In this document: positions 1 through 9,815 of the stretch, piece by piece | Position numbering within the stretch: the first letter of the stretch is position 1 | How the letters are laid out: every line of letters starts with the position of its first letter | Assembly (NCBI GenBank): GCA_038214375.1 | Contig: JBBQRX010000007.1 | Location: forward strand, 15,717-79,716 | DNA: 64,000 nt | Direction of reading: 5' to 3' | Source: Candidatus Limnocylindrales bacterium | GTDB taxonomy: Bacteria > Chloroflexota > Limnocylindria > Limnocylindrales > CSP1-4 | Translations under genes and position numbers: made by a program | The notes under the pieces: model-generated | Seen by the model: the letters and a program-made list of their open reading frames with translations, nothing else | Databases searched by the model: none | What the model was told of the DNA's origin: nothing

Positions 1-948
1 TCGGGTGGCTCGTCGCTCATCTCCGCGGCCATGCAGGCACTTCCGGTCGGGGTGCCGAAGCTGCTCGTCTCCACCATGGCGTCGGGTGACACGCGGCCGT
101 ATGTCGGGACCGCGGACATCGCGATGATGTACTCGGTGGTGGACATCGCCGGGATCAACGGCATCTCGGAGAAGATCCTGTCCAACGCGGCCGCCGGGAT
201 CGCCGGCATGGCCCTCGCGTCCGCGTCGTTCACGTCAGGGATCGCGGCGAAGCCCCTGATCGGCGCGACGATGTTCGGGGTGACAACACCCTGCGTGACC
301 GCCGCCCGCGAGCTTCTCGAGGAGCGCGGATACGAGGTCCTGGTCTTCCATGCCACCGGCTCCGGCGGCCGTTCGATGGAGGCCCTCATGAAGGCGGGCT
401 TCATCACCGGCTCGCTGGACATCACGACGACCGAGCTCGCGGACGAGCTCGTGGGCGGCGTCCTGTCCGCCGGCCCCGACCGACTGGAGATGGCCGGCTC
501 CCTCGGCATCCCGCAGGTGGTCTCGCTGGGTGCCCTCGACATGGTCAACTTCGGGCCGAAGGAGACGGTTCCCGCGAAGTTCGCGGACCGCAATCTGTAT
601 GTCCACAACGCGACGGTGACGCTGATGCGCACGACCGAGGAGGAGTGCGCCGAGCTCGGCCGGACGATCGCCCGGAAGCTCAATGCCGCGACCGGTCCGC
701 TGACCGTGTTCATCCCGCTCGGCGGGGTCTCGATGATCGATGTGCCGGGCGCCCCGTTCTTCGATGCCGCGGCCGACGCAGCGCTGATCCGCGAGCTGAA
801 GGCCGGTCTCCGGCCCGACGTCGAGGTGGTCGAGATGGCCGCCTCGATCAACGACCCGGCATTCTCGCGCGCGATGGCCGAGCGCATGGATGCGCTCTAC
901 CAGGCCTGGTCCGCACCGAAGCTGGTCACCACAGGAGGACGCGCATGA
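1..948 (+). CDS. UPF0261 family protein (Tm-1-like N-terminal ATP-binding domain homolog); 5' end truncated by window edge
   Basis: ORF 31..948 is in frame from base 1; product is Gly/Ala-rich with a UPF0261-like sequence ([37 protein letters not shown]); stop overlaps the ATG of the next gene (946). Confidence 0.8.
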   Translation, partial: SGGSSLISAAMQALPVGVPKLLVSTMASGDTRPYVGTADIAMMYSVVDIAGINGISEKILSNAAAGIAGMALASASFTSGIAAKPLIGATMFGVTTPCVTAARELLEERGYEVLVFHATGSGGRSMEALMKAGFITGSLDITTTELADELVGGVLSAGPDRLEMAGSLGIPQVVSLGALDMVNFGPKETVPAKFADRNLYVHNATVTLMRTTEEECAELGRTIARKLNAATGPLTVFIPLGGVSMIDVPGAPFFDAAADAALIRELKAGLRPDVEVVEMAASINDPAFSRAMAERMDALYQAWSAPKLVTTGGRA

Positions 949-1784
949 ACGGGCAGGTAGCGCTGGCGCGGCTGCGCCGAACGATCGCCGAGGGTGGCGT
1001 GATCATGGGCGCGGGCGCCGGGACGGGCCTCTCGGCGAAGTGCGCCGAGGCCGGCGGAGCCGACCTGATCATCATCTACAACTCGGGCCGCTACCGGATG
1101 GCCGGTCGTGGCTCGCTCGCAGGCTGCATGCCCTATGGCGACGCGAACGCGATCGTCGTGGAGATGGCCGGCGAAGTGCTCCCGATCGTGCGCGAGACGC
1201 CGGTCCTGGCCGGGGTCTGCGGAACGGATCCGTTCCGCCTGATGCCGGTCTTCCTCGAGGAGATCAAGCGGATCGGCTTCTCCGGGGTCCAGAACTTCCC
1301 GACGGTCGGGCTGTGCGACGGCCAGTTCCGCCAGAACCTCGAGGAGACCGGGATGGGCTTCGGGCTCGAGGTGGAGATGATCCGGGCGGCCCACGAGGCC
1401 GGTCTCCTCTGCACGCCCTACGTCTTCGACACGGACCAGGCCCGGGCCATGGCCGAGGCCGGCGCCGACGTCGTCGTCGCCCACATGGGCCTGACCACCA
1501 AAGGGCAGATCGGCGCCACCACGGCCCTGACCCTCGAGGCCGCGGCGGTCCGGGTCCAGGAGATCCGCAACGCGGCCGTCGCGATCAAGCCCGACATCAT
1601 CGTGCTCTGCCACGGCGGCCCGATCGCGGAGCCCGACGATGCGCAGTACGTCATCGACCACACGACGGGCGTCGCCGGCTTCTTCGGCGCGTCGAGCATG
1701 GAGCGGCTTCCGACGGAGGTGGCGATCACGGAGAACATGAAGCGCTTCAAGCGGATCACCCGACCGATGGCGGTCGCCGGCTGA
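946..1784 (+). CDS. phosphoenolpyruvate hydrolase-like TIM-barrel protein (Tm-1-like C-terminal domain homolog)
   Basis: ATG at 946 overlaps the upstream stop (ATGA-style coupling); product [60 protein letters not shown]... is typical of the PEP-hydrolase-like fold that partners UPF0261. Confidence 0.8.
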
Positions 1785-1832
1785 CGAGGTCGCCCGGGGC
1801 GGCGACAGACCCCGCAGGAGGAGTCGAACACA

Positions 1833-3605
1833 GTGGCACTCAAGGAAGAAGTCCTGGGCCAGTTCCTCGGGGACGAGAAGTTCCCGGTGACGTGGACGTC
1901 GGACACCGAGAAGCTGCTCTTCTGGGTCTACGACGACCTGCATTGCCCGCACCCGCTGAGCCCGATGTACGAGGACATCGGCGGCTGGTGGCTGTCGTGT
2001 GACCACATGTTCCGCCGATTCGGCACGCCGTTCGCGACGGACTGGATCTACAAGAACGTCAACGGCTACCTGTACACGGCGGCAATCCCGGCCGAGGCCG
2101 GCCTGAAGGTCGACACGCAGGAGTACAACTACTCGACCAGCCCGGTCGTGCCGGAGGATCCCGACTACGCGGCGAAGATCGGGACGTACCTCGGCGCCGT
2201 CCTGCCGACCTACGGCCTCGAGTTCGTGGACTGGTGGCGCGACCGCCTGGTCCCCGAGATGGACCGCAACTTCGCGTACCTCGAGGGGATGCTCGACAAG
2301 CAGGATGAGCTGAACCTCATGCAGCTTGCCTGCCTCTTCGAGGACGCGATCGACGTCCACGATCGCCACTGGAAGATCCACTGGATGCTCAACTTCGCCC
2401 AACTGTCCGCGACGCTCAACCTGCGGGCAGTCATGGAGAAGACGCACGGCGCAATCAACGAGCAGCTCCTGGGGCGCCTCCAGAACTCCGCGAAGGACCG
2501 CAACTGGGATTCGATCGAAGCACTCTGGAAGATGAAGGAGGAGGCGAAGTCCGACCCGGATCTCGCCGCCATCTTCAAGGCCGATACGGCCGGCGAGATC
2601 ATCGTTGCGCTCAAGGCGAGCGAGCGCGGACGGCGCTTCATCGAGGAGCGCGTCGCACCCTACCAGAAGGAGTACGGCTGGCACGCCGTCTGGAGCCACG
2701 AGTTCATCTTCCCGAACGTGGTCGAAGTCATGGAGCCGGTCATCGAGCTCGTCCGCGGCTACATCGAGACCAACTACGACTACCCGAAGACGATCGCCGT
2801 CCTCGCCGCCGACATCAAGGCCGCGGCGACCGAGATCCTCAAAGGCCTCGAGGGCGAGGCGCTCGAGGAGATGCGGGCGGCCAACGAGATCAACCTGCGG
2901 ATGGCCCCGCTCACGCCGGACCACCACTTCTACATCGACCAGGGCGCCAACGCCCACGTCCGCCAGGTCCTCCTCGCGATCGGCCGCAAGCTCGTCGCGA
3001 CGGGCGCACTCGACGCACCCGACGACGTCGTCTACTTCCGGTACAACGAGCTGCGCGTCTTCATGGGCAACCCGGCCGGCATGGATGGCCGGGCGATCGT
3101 GGCGACGGCAAAGGCCGCCCGCGAGAAGGCCTACACGTTCCGGCCGAAGGAATGGGTCGGGACCGTCACGGCGACACAGCTGGCGTTCCCGTACCTGAAC
3201 CTCTGGGGCTTCCCGGACAAGTTCTATCGCAAGGAGTCCACCGTCGCCGGTCAGATCAACGGGATCGGCGGCTCTCCGGGCGTCGTCGAAGGAATTGCTC
3301 GGGTCGTCCTGCACGAGGACCAGTTCGACGACGTCCGCGCGGGCGACATCCTCGTCTGCCAGATGACGAACCCGGCCTGGGTCGTCCTCTTCACCAAGAT
3401 CGTCGGTCTCGTGACCGACGCGGGCGGGACCGTCTCCCACCCGGCCGTCCTCTCCCGCGAGTTCGGCATCCCGGCGGTCGTCGGGACGTCCGTGGCCACC
3501 GAGCAGATCAAGAACGGCGACCGAGTCCGCATCAACGGCACCACGGGCCTCGTCGAGATCCTGAGCACGGCGCCAGCCCGCACGCTCGTCGGCGTTGGGT
3601 CCTGA
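1833..3605 (+). CDS. PEP-utilizing enzyme family protein, phenylphosphate synthase subunit A-like (C-terminal phosphohistidine swivel domain)
   Basis: GTG start at 1833; N-terminal motif LFWVYDDLHCPHPLSP resembles the FWxxDxLHxPxP motif of PpsA/PEP-synthase-like enzymes (from memory); C-terminal mobile domain ...MTNPAWVVLFTKIVGLVTDAGGTVSHPAVLSREFGIPAVVG with catalytic His. Confidence 0.8.
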   Translation: MALKEEVLGQFLGDEKFPVTWTSDTEKLLFWVYDDLHCPHPLSPMYEDIGGWWLSCDHMFRRFGTPFATDWIYKNVNGYLYTAAIPAEAGLKVDTQEYNYSTSPVVPEDPDYAAKIGTYLGAVLPTYGLEFVDWWRDRLVPEMDRNFAYLEGMLDKQDELNLMQLACLFEDAIDVHDRHWKIHWMLNFAQLSATLNLRAVMEKTHGAINEQLLGRLQNSAKDRNWDSIEALWKMKEEAKSDPDLAAIFKADTAGEIIVALKASERGRRFIEERVAPYQKEYGWHAVWSHEFIFPNVVEVMEPVIELVRGYIETNYDYPKTIAVLAADIKAAATEILKGLEGEALEEMRAANEINLRMAPLTPDHHFYIDQGANAHVRQVLLAIGRKLVATGALDAPDDVVYFRYNELRVFMGNPAGMDGRAIVATAKAAREKAYTFRPKEWVGTVTATQLAFPYLNLWGFPDKFYRKESTVAGQINGIGGSPGVVEGIARVVLHEDQFDDVRAGDILVCQMTNPAWVVLFTKIVGLVTDAGGTVSHPAVLSREFGIPAVVGTSVATEQIKNGDRVRINGTTGLVEILSTAPARTLVGVGS

Positions 3606-3614
3606 CCCGGCCAC

Positions 3615-4391
3615 ATGTCCCACGGCGCCGCGATCTCGCGCAGCGTCCTGAGCGATCAGGTCAAGGATCGTCTGCTCCGGGCGATCCTTGACGGTCGCTA
3701 CCCGCCGGGCGCCCGGATCGTCGAGACCCGGGTGGCCCGGGAGCTCGGAACGAGCCAGGCGCCCGTCCGGGAGGCGTTGCGCGACCTCGAGGCGCTCGGG
3801 GTCGTGGAATCCACCGCCTTCCGGGGAGCCCGCGTCCGCCGCCCGTCGGCGGACGAGCTCCTCGAAGGCTTCACCATCCGGGCCGAGCTCGAGTCGCTCG
3901 GCGCGCGCCTGGCGATCGACCATCTGACCGACGAGGACCTGTGCGTCCTTGCCGGGTATGTCGACGAGATGCGACGGGCGGCCGATGACGGGGACCTCCA
4001 CGCGGAGGCCACTGCCGACGCCGCCTTCCACGGCCGGATCGTCGAGCTCGCCGGGAACGCCACCCTGGAGCGGGTCTGGAGGACGCTCGAGCCCTTCTCC
4101 CGCACCTACATCACGATGGTCGTCCCGGGGGTCGACCGGCGTCGCATCGCGGAGCTGCACACCCCGGTCCTCGCCGCACTTCGCCTCCGGGATCCGATCG
4201 CGGTAGACGCGGTCATCCACGAGCATTTCGCCGAGACCGCCGCGATGCTGGCCCGCCTGTGGTCGACCGATGGCTCGGCGGCGCGAGACGGCTCGGCGGC
4301 GACCAGCAGCCCCCCGACGAGCGACGATCCCCGGCTGGGAACGCGTGCTGGGCAGCCGATCCCCGCAACGACCCACGAAAGGACGAGATGA
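3615..4391 (+). CDS. GntR family transcriptional regulator (FadR/FCD subfamily)
   Basis: N-terminal wHTH (RIVETRVARELGTSQAPVREALRDLEALGVV) and C-terminal FCD-like helical domain; same strand as flanking catabolic genes. Confidence 0.85.
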   Translation: MSHGAAISRSVLSDQVKDRLLRAILDGRYPPGARIVETRVARELGTSQAPVREALRDLEALGVVESTAFRGARVRRPSADELLEGFTIRAELESLGARLAIDHLTDEDLCVLAGYVDEMRRAADDGDLHAEATADAAFHGRIVELAGNATLERVWRTLEPFSRTYITMVVPGVDRRRIAELHTPVLAALRLRDPIAVDAVIHEHFAETAAMLARLWSTDGSAARDGSAATSSPPTSDDPRLGTRAGQPIPATTHERTR

Positions 4392-5275
4392 GCGACCAGC
4401 TGCGACTGTCGGAGGAGATGTCGGCCGGCGCCGCCCGCCTGCGGGTGGACGTGTACGGCGGCGAGCCGCGCGAGCACGTCCTCGACGACCTCACCTTCCT
4501 CAACTACCGGCTGGCCGACGTCCGCATCTCGCCGGAGGCGACCCTGCCCGGGCCCGACATCATCTGGCAGCAGGACGGCGAGAAGGCGATCCGGTACGAC
4601 GGCCGGGTGATGCACTTCACGGGCCCGTGGCCGGCGGGGCCCATCCAGAAGGTCGTGGTCGCCATGCTCGCGCTCCGGATGGAGGCAGTCGGGCTGCACC
4701 CCTCCCACAGCGCCGCCGTGCACTACCGCGGCAGGACGCTGCTCTTCCTCGGCGGCGAGTCCAACCACGGCAAGAGCATGGGACTCATCGAGGCCGGAGC
4801 TCGTGGCGCGCTCCAGGTCGCGTCCGAGACCACGATCATCGACGAGGACGGCAGAGCCGCAGCCGGCTCCGTGGACACGTTCCTCGTGAAGCGCACCGAA
4901 GGGACGGAGCGGTCCGACAAGGCCGCGCCGAACAAGGGCGTGGAGAAGTTCTGGGGAGCCATGCCGTCCTGGGGCATGTACGAGGGCACGCCGAACATCG
5001 ACCTCGTGATCGTCCCGGCGATCGATGGCAACTTCGACCCGGCCACCAACGAGCTCATCCCGTTCGAGCGCGAGTTCCAGTTCCTGCACTCCCTGCAGAA
5101 CTACTTCCTCACCAACGAGCTGCTGGCCCCCGGCCACGTGATGCCGATGGTGGACAACGACGCCCTCCGCGCGAAGCGGGCGGATTTCGTGAGCCGCTTC
5201 TGTGAGCGTCCCTTCTACTTCATCCGGGCAGCCACCCCGCAGGTGCTCCTGGACGAAGTCGACGAAATCCTGTAG
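4388..5275 (+). CDS. HPr kinase-like P-loop protein (hypothetical)
   Basis: ATG 4388 overlaps GntR stop (ATGA); motif HYRGRTLLFLGGESNHGKSMGLIEAGARGALQVASETTIIDEDG matches the HprK C-terminal kinase-domain pattern (G-x-S-x-x-GKS ... DD/DE). Confidence 0.6.
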   Translation: MSDQLRLSEEMSAGAARLRVDVYGGEPREHVLDDLTFLNYRLADVRISPEATLPGPDIIWQQDGEKAIRYDGRVMHFTGPWPAGPIQKVVVAMLALRMEAVGLHPSHSAAVHYRGRTLLFLGGESNHGKSMGLIEAGARGALQVASETTIIDEDGRAAAGSVDTFLVKRTEGTERSDKAAPNKGVEKFWGAMPSWGMYEGTPNIDLVIVPAIDGNFDPATNELIPFEREFQFLHSLQNYFLTNELLAPGHVMPMVDNDALRAKRADFVSRFCERPFYFIRAATPQVLLDEVDEIL

Positions 5276-5292
5276 GCAGAGGCGCCGGGATC

Positions 5293-6153
5293 ATGCACAC
5301 GTTCTCCTACGCACGGCCGGAGGCGCTGGCCGAGGCGGAGGCCATCCTCGCGACACACGGGCCGGATGCCCGCGTCCTTGCCGGGGGCACCGATCTCGTC
5401 ATCCGGCTGCGCGATGGCACGGCCCGGCCGGGCATCGTGGTCGACATCAAGCGGATCCCCGAGCTGCGTCCCTCGATCCGGGAGGAGGCCGGCGTCCTCG
5501 TGATCAGCGCCGGAACGGTCATGACCGACATCGCTGCCGACGAGCGCGTGCGCCGCTGGTTCCCGGCTTTGGCGGAGGGGGCGGCGGTGGTCGGATCCGT
5601 CCAGATCAGGAACCGGGCCACGCTTGCTGGCAACGTGTGCAACGCCTCGCCCGCCGCCGACACGGCCCCCGCGCTCCTCGTGTACGGCGCCCGGGTGGTC
5701 GCCCAGGGGCAGGGCGGGACCCGACGCATCCCGATCGACGCGTTCTTCGTGCGGTCCGGCGTCACGACGCTCGCCCGCGGTGAGCTCGTCACGGCGATCG
5801 AGCTGAGGCTTCCGGCCGGCCCGATGGGCGCGGTCCACGTCCGGCGGACCCGCCGGCGCGGGCACGACCTCGCCTCGGTGACACTCTGCTGCGGCGTGGA
5901 CGGGTCCGGCGTCACGCGGCTTGCGTACGGCAGCGTTGGGCCGCGGCCCGTGCTTTTCGTCGATGAGAGCGGCGTGCTCGCCGACCCGGCCGCCCCGGAC
6001 GAGGCCAGGGCTCCCATCTTCGAGCGGATGTTCGCCGACGCCAGCCCGTCCCCGCGCTCCCTGCGGGCGAGCCCCGAATACCGCCTGGCAATGCTCCGCG
6101 TCCTGGGGACGCGGGCGCTGCGGACCGCGATCGAACGGCTGGCCCTCGCATGA
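5293..6153 (+). CDS. xanthine dehydrogenase family FAD-binding subunit (CoxM/CutM-like medium subunit)
   Basis: FAD-binding molybdopterin-dehydrogenase motifs (AGGTDLV..., IRNRATLAGNVCNASPAAD); precedes the 2Fe-2S and Mo subunits. Confidence 0.9.
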   Translation: MHTFSYARPEALAEAEAILATHGPDARVLAGGTDLVIRLRDGTARPGIVVDIKRIPELRPSIREEAGVLVISAGTVMTDIAADERVRRWFPALAEGAAVVGSVQIRNRATLAGNVCNASPAADTAPALLVYGARVVAQGQGGTRRIPIDAFFVRSGVTTLARGELVTAIELRLPAGPMGAVHVRRTRRRGHDLASVTLCCGVDGSGVTRLAYGSVGPRPVLFVDESGVLADPAAPDEARAPIFERMFADASPSPRSLRASPEYRLAMLRVLGTRALRTAIERLALA

Positions 6154-6635
6154 GCACCCGGGTCGAGCCGATCGCGATCGAGATGACGGTCAACGGGCGG
6201 TTACGGGCGCTCGAGGTGGCCCCCCACCACACGCTGCTCGACATGCTGCGCGACGACCTGGGACTGACCGGCGCGAAGGAGTGCTGCCTGGTCGGCGAGT
6301 GCGGGGCGTGCACGGTGATCGTCGACGGGCGCACGGTCGACTCCTGCCTGGTGCTCGCCGTCGAGGCCGATGGCGCGGCGATCACGACCGTCGAGGGCCT
6401 CGCGGCGGACGGCGTTCTGAGCCCGCTCCAGCAGGCATTCCTCGACAGGGGAGCCGTGCAGTGTGGCTTCTGCATCCCCGGTCAGCTCGTCGCCGCCCAG
6501 GCGCTCCTCGCGGGCAACCCGCACCCATCCGTGGCGGAGATCCAGGAGGGCCTGGCGGGCAACCTGTGCCGCTGCGGCTGCTACGGGCAGATCACCGACG
6601 CGGTCCTCGCGACCGCCGAGGCGGACGTGCGATGA
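6150..6635 (+). CDS. (2Fe-2S)-binding small subunit of xanthine dehydrogenase family enzyme
   Basis: Two Cys clusters (CCLVGECGACTV and CGFCIPGQ ... CRCGCY); ATG 6150 overlaps upstream stop. Confidence 0.9.
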   Translation: MSTRVEPIAIEMTVNGRLRALEVAPHHTLLDMLRDDLGLTGAKECCLVGECGACTVIVDGRTVDSCLVLAVEADGAAITTVEGLAADGVLSPLQQAFLDRGAVQCGFCIPGQLVAAQALLAGNPHPSVAEIQEGLAGNLCRCGCYGQITDAVLATAEADVR

Positions 6636-8878
6636 GCACGCATCGGATCGGCGACTCTCCCAACCGCGTCGGCGGAGTCGGCCGGGTGACCGGCAGCCAG
6701 CAGTACGCGGCGGACATCCGGCTTGCGGACGTCCTCGAGGCCAGGCTCGTCACGCTCGACTGCGCGCGGGCCCGGATCATCTCGATCGATACGATGGCCG
6801 CCGAGCTGGTCCCGGGCGTGCGCCTCGTCATGACTGCAGCCGACCTGCCGCAGCCGGTGCCGCGCTTCGGTCCGCAGTTTGCGGATCGCCCGGTCATCGC
6901 GGTCGGCGAGACGAAGTACCACGGCGAGCCGGTCGCGATCGTCGCCGCCGACTCGAAGGATGCGGCGGAGGAGGCCGCGGGTCTCGTCCGGGTCGAGTAC
7001 GAGGAGCTGCCCGCGGTCTTCACGCTGGCGGCGGCGCTCGACCCGGCCGCCCCGCTGGTCCAGGACCCGGCGCTTCGCCGCAACGACCGGCTCGCATCCA
7101 CGAACGTCCTCCGCGAGCACCCCATCGGCTGGGGCGACGTGGACGCCGCGACGGCAGACGTTGTCGTCGAGAACACGTACACCTTCCCGATGGTCACCCA
7201 TTTCGCGATCGAGCCGCACACATTCATGGCCGCGCCCGACGGCGACGGGATCGCCGTCTGGAGCACGATCCAGCACCCCAACTGGCTCCAGAAGGTGATC
7301 GCGAACATCCTCGGGCTCCCCCTTTCGAAGGTGCGCGTCCTCGCGCCGGATCCCGGGGGTGGGTTTGGCGGCAAGCAGCACGCCAAGCTCGAGCCGCTCG
7401 TCGCGTTCGCGGCCCTGCGGGCCGGGCGCCCCGTGCGTCTCGTCCTGACCCTCGAGCAGACGTTCCAGGCGGTGCGCCGGGCGTCGTGCGAGGTCCGCGT
7501 CCGGACCGGGGTCAACCGCGACGGCGGGCTGGTCTTCGAGGACATCGAGGCCGACTACCTCATCGGCGCCTACGCGGACATCGCGGACCGCGTCGTCGGC
7601 AAGGGCAGCTACCCGGCCGCCGGCCCGTACAACGTTCCGGCCGTTCGGATCATGGCCCGCAGCGTGCTGTCCCACACGGTGCCGTCCACCGCCTTCCGCG
7701 GCTTCGGCAACCCGCAGGTCAACTGGGCAGTGGAGTCGAACCTCGACGATGCGGCGCGCGCGATCGGGATGGATCGCCTCGCGATCCGCCTGCGCAATCT
7801 CGCGAGAAAGGGCGACGCGTTCATCCCGTTCGACACGCCGGCCGACGGCGACTGGGAGCAGACCGTCCGACGGGCGGCGGAGCTCATCGGCTGGGATGCG
7901 CCGCTGCCGCCCGGGCACGGGCGGGGGATCGCCATCGGGATCAAGTCCGGCCCCACCACGGGCCTCTCGTATTCGACCGTCCGGCTCCTCGGCGACGGGA
8001 GCGTGATCGTCTTCGCCGGCACGTCGGACATGGGCCAGGGCGCCCGGACGGTCTTCGCGCAGATCGCGGCCCAGGAGCTCGGCGCGCCGCTCGACTGGGT
8101 CACGGTCGTCATGGGCGACACGGCGATCGTCCCGTACGACCAGCAGACATCGGCGAGCCGCTCCACGGTCCTGATGGGCAACTCGGTGCTGCAGGCGTGC
8201 CGCTCGATCCAGGCGCAGCTGCGCGCGATGGCCGCCCGTCTTCACGGCCTCGACGCGTCGCAGGTGAGCGTGGACAGCGGAGTCGTCCAACTCCCCGGCC
8301 GCGAGCTCTCCGTGCTCGAGGTGCTCGAGCCGGGCCTCGGCCCTCTCGGTGGCGAGCTGACCGGCAACGGCGAGGTCCGCAAGGATGCCGAGCCCGATCA
8401 CCCGCTCAGCGGCAGCGCGGCGTTCTTCGAGTTCAACTGCACGGCCGTCGAGGCGGCGGTGGACGAGGAGACGGGCGACATCGTCATCGCGAAGCACGTG
8501 ACGGTCTCCGACGTGGGGAAGGCTCTCAACCCGCTCCAGGTGGCGATGCAGGACGAGGGTGCCGCCATCCAGGGCCTGGGCCATACGCTCATGGAGCAGT
8601 ACGTCTTCGACGAGACGGGCCGAATCCGCAATCTGGGCGCGATCGACTACCGGATCCCGACCAGCATGGACCTGCCGCTCGAGCTGCGCAGCGCCATCGT
8701 CGAGAACGAGGACGGCCCCGGGCCGTACGGCTCGAAGGGGATGAGCGAGGGCGCGCTGCTGTGCGTGGCGTCCGCCGTCGGGGCGGCCGTCCGGGATGCC
8801 ACCGGGGTCGCGATCCGGGACCTGCCGCTGACGCCGGAACGGGTCTGGCGCGCCCTCCGCGATCGGCCGACGCCATGA
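6632..8878 (+). CDS. xanthine dehydrogenase family molybdopterin-binding large subunit
   Basis: ATG 6632 overlaps small-subunit stop; GGGFGGK and AFRGFGNPQ motifs typical of XDH/aldehyde-oxidoreductase Mo subunits; no form-I CODH AYXCSFR loop; the N-terminal 5921..6631 part of the long ORF is antisense-style artefact. Confidence 0.9.
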   Translation: MSTHRIGDSPNRVGGVGRVTGSQQYAADIRLADVLEARLVTLDCARARIISIDTMAAELVPGVRLVMTAADLPQPVPRFGPQFADRPVIAVGETKYHGEPVAIVAADSKDAAEEAAGLVRVEYEELPAVFTLAAALDPAAPLVQDPALRRNDRLASTNVLREHPIGWGDVDAATADVVVENTYTFPMVTHFAIEPHTFMAAPDGDGIAVWSTIQHPNWLQKVIANILGLPLSKVRVLAPDPGGGFGGKQHAKLEPLVAFAALRAGRPVRLVLTLEQTFQAVRRASCEVRVRTGVNRDGGLVFEDIEADYLIGAYADIADRVVGKGSYPAAGPYNVPAVRIMARSVLSHTVPSTAFRGFGNPQVNWAVESNLDDAARAIGMDRLAIRLRNLARKGDAFIPFDTPADGDWEQTVRRAAELIGWDAPLPPGHGRGIAIGIKSGPTTGLSYSTVRLLGDGSVIVFAGTSDMGQGARTVFAQIAAQELGAPLDWVTVVMGDTAIVPYDQQTSASRSTVLMGNSVLQACRSIQAQLRAMAARLHGLDASQVSVDSGVVQLPGRELSVLEVLEPGLGPLGGELTGNGEVRKDAEPDHPLSGSAAFFEFNCTAVEAAVDEETGDIVIAKHVTVSDVGKALNPLQVAMQDEGAAIQGLGHTLMEQYVFDETGRIRNLGAIDYRIPTSMDLPLELRSAIVENEDGPGPYGSKGMSEGALLCVASAVGAAVRDATGVAIRDLPLTPERVWRALRDRPTP

Positions 8879-9789
8879 GCCACGAGGAGGGCGCGGGAAT
8901 GGCCAGGCCGTCCGGGATCGGACCGATCGGCGAGCTGCCGCCCGCACAGGTCGTGAAGGCCGCGAGCCTCGTCCGCGACGGCCGAATGGTCTCGCTCGCG
9001 GCGGTGCGCTACCCCGGCATGCCCCTCTTCCCCGGGCACCCGCCGTTCCAGGTGCTCAACTACCGGACCCCGCGCGGGATTCGCGTGACCGGCGCGAAAC
9101 CGTGGGGGCCGGTCAACGACGCGGGCCTCGGCTACATGGCCGAGTACGTGATGGCGACCTCGCACTCCGGCGCGCACATGGACGCGCTCGCTCACATGAC
9201 CGTGGGCGACGACATGCACTGGTACGGCGGCGGGAACGCGGACGAGCACCTGACGGATTTCGGCCCGACGCACCTCGACGCGTCGCAGATGCCCCCGTTC
9301 TTCACCCGGGGCGTCCTGCTGGACGTTGCCGGGCACCGCGGGGTCGACTGCCTCCCCGAGGGCTCGCCGATCAATGCCGACGAGATGGAAGCGGTCTGCC
9401 TCGCGCAGGGCGTGTCCGTGGGGCCGTGGGACGTCGTCCTGGTCCGGACCGGCTACATGGGCCTCTGGCCCGACGTCGAGCGGATGGCCGCCCACAAGAC
9501 CGCCGGGCCGGATCTCTCGGCGGCCCGCTGGCTGCTGGAGCGCGGCGTCGTCGCGACCGGCAGCGACACGGAGACCTACGAGGTCCAGCCGACTCCCGAC
9601 CCGGGACCTACCGGCAACCCCCAGCCGGTCCACACGCTGCTGCTCATCCAGAACGCCATCTACCTCATGGAGAGCCTCGACCTCGAGGAGCTGGCGCGCG
9701 TGCGCGCCTACGAGTTCCTCTTCGTCGCCCTCCCCGTCAAGATCCGCGGCGCCACCGGGTCGATGGTCGATCCCGTCGCCGTCCTCTGA
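8875..9789 (+). CDS. cyclase family protein (kynurenine formamidase-like metal-dependent hydrolase)
   Basis: ATG 8875 overlaps large-subunit stop (ATGA); HSGAHMDALAHM and GSDTETYE motifs of the putative cyclase fold. Confidence 0.85.
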   Translation: MSHEEGAGMARPSGIGPIGELPPAQVVKAASLVRDGRMVSLAAVRYPGMPLFPGHPPFQVLNYRTPRGIRVTGAKPWGPVNDAGLGYMAEYVMATSHSGAHMDALAHMTVGDDMHWYGGGNADEHLTDFGPTHLDASQMPPFFTRGVLLDVAGHRGVDCLPEGSPINADEMEAVCLAQGVSVGPWDVVLVRTGYMGLWPDVERMAAHKTAGPDLSAARWLLERGVVATGSDTETYEVQPTPDPGPTGNPQPVHTLLLIQNAIYLMESLDLEELARVRAYEFLFVALPVKIRGATGSMVDPVAVL

Positions 9790-9815
9790 AGGAGCTCGTC
9801 AGCGTGCCCGCGACC

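Noticed and set aside
897-4376. 1159-aa ORF on the minus strand spanning four plus-strand genes
   Set aside because: Arg/Gly/Asp-rich low-complexity translation with no motifs; a typical antisense artefact of 70%+ GC DNA; plus-strand genes in the same interval have clear domain signatures
5921-6631. N-terminal extension of the Mo large-subunit ORF (985 aa as listed)
   Set aside because: Extension overlaps the FAD and 2Fe-2S genes in another frame and is Arg/Pro-rich; the ATG at 6632 overlapping the small-subunit stop is the credible start
6581-8947. 788-aa minus-strand ORF and the 6463..9789 1108-aa plus-strand ORF over the Mo-subunit gene
   Set aside because: The minus ORF is antisense junk. 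The 1108-aa ORF is only real in its last 305 codons (cyclase gene from ATG 8875); upstream part is an alternate frame of the Mo subunit
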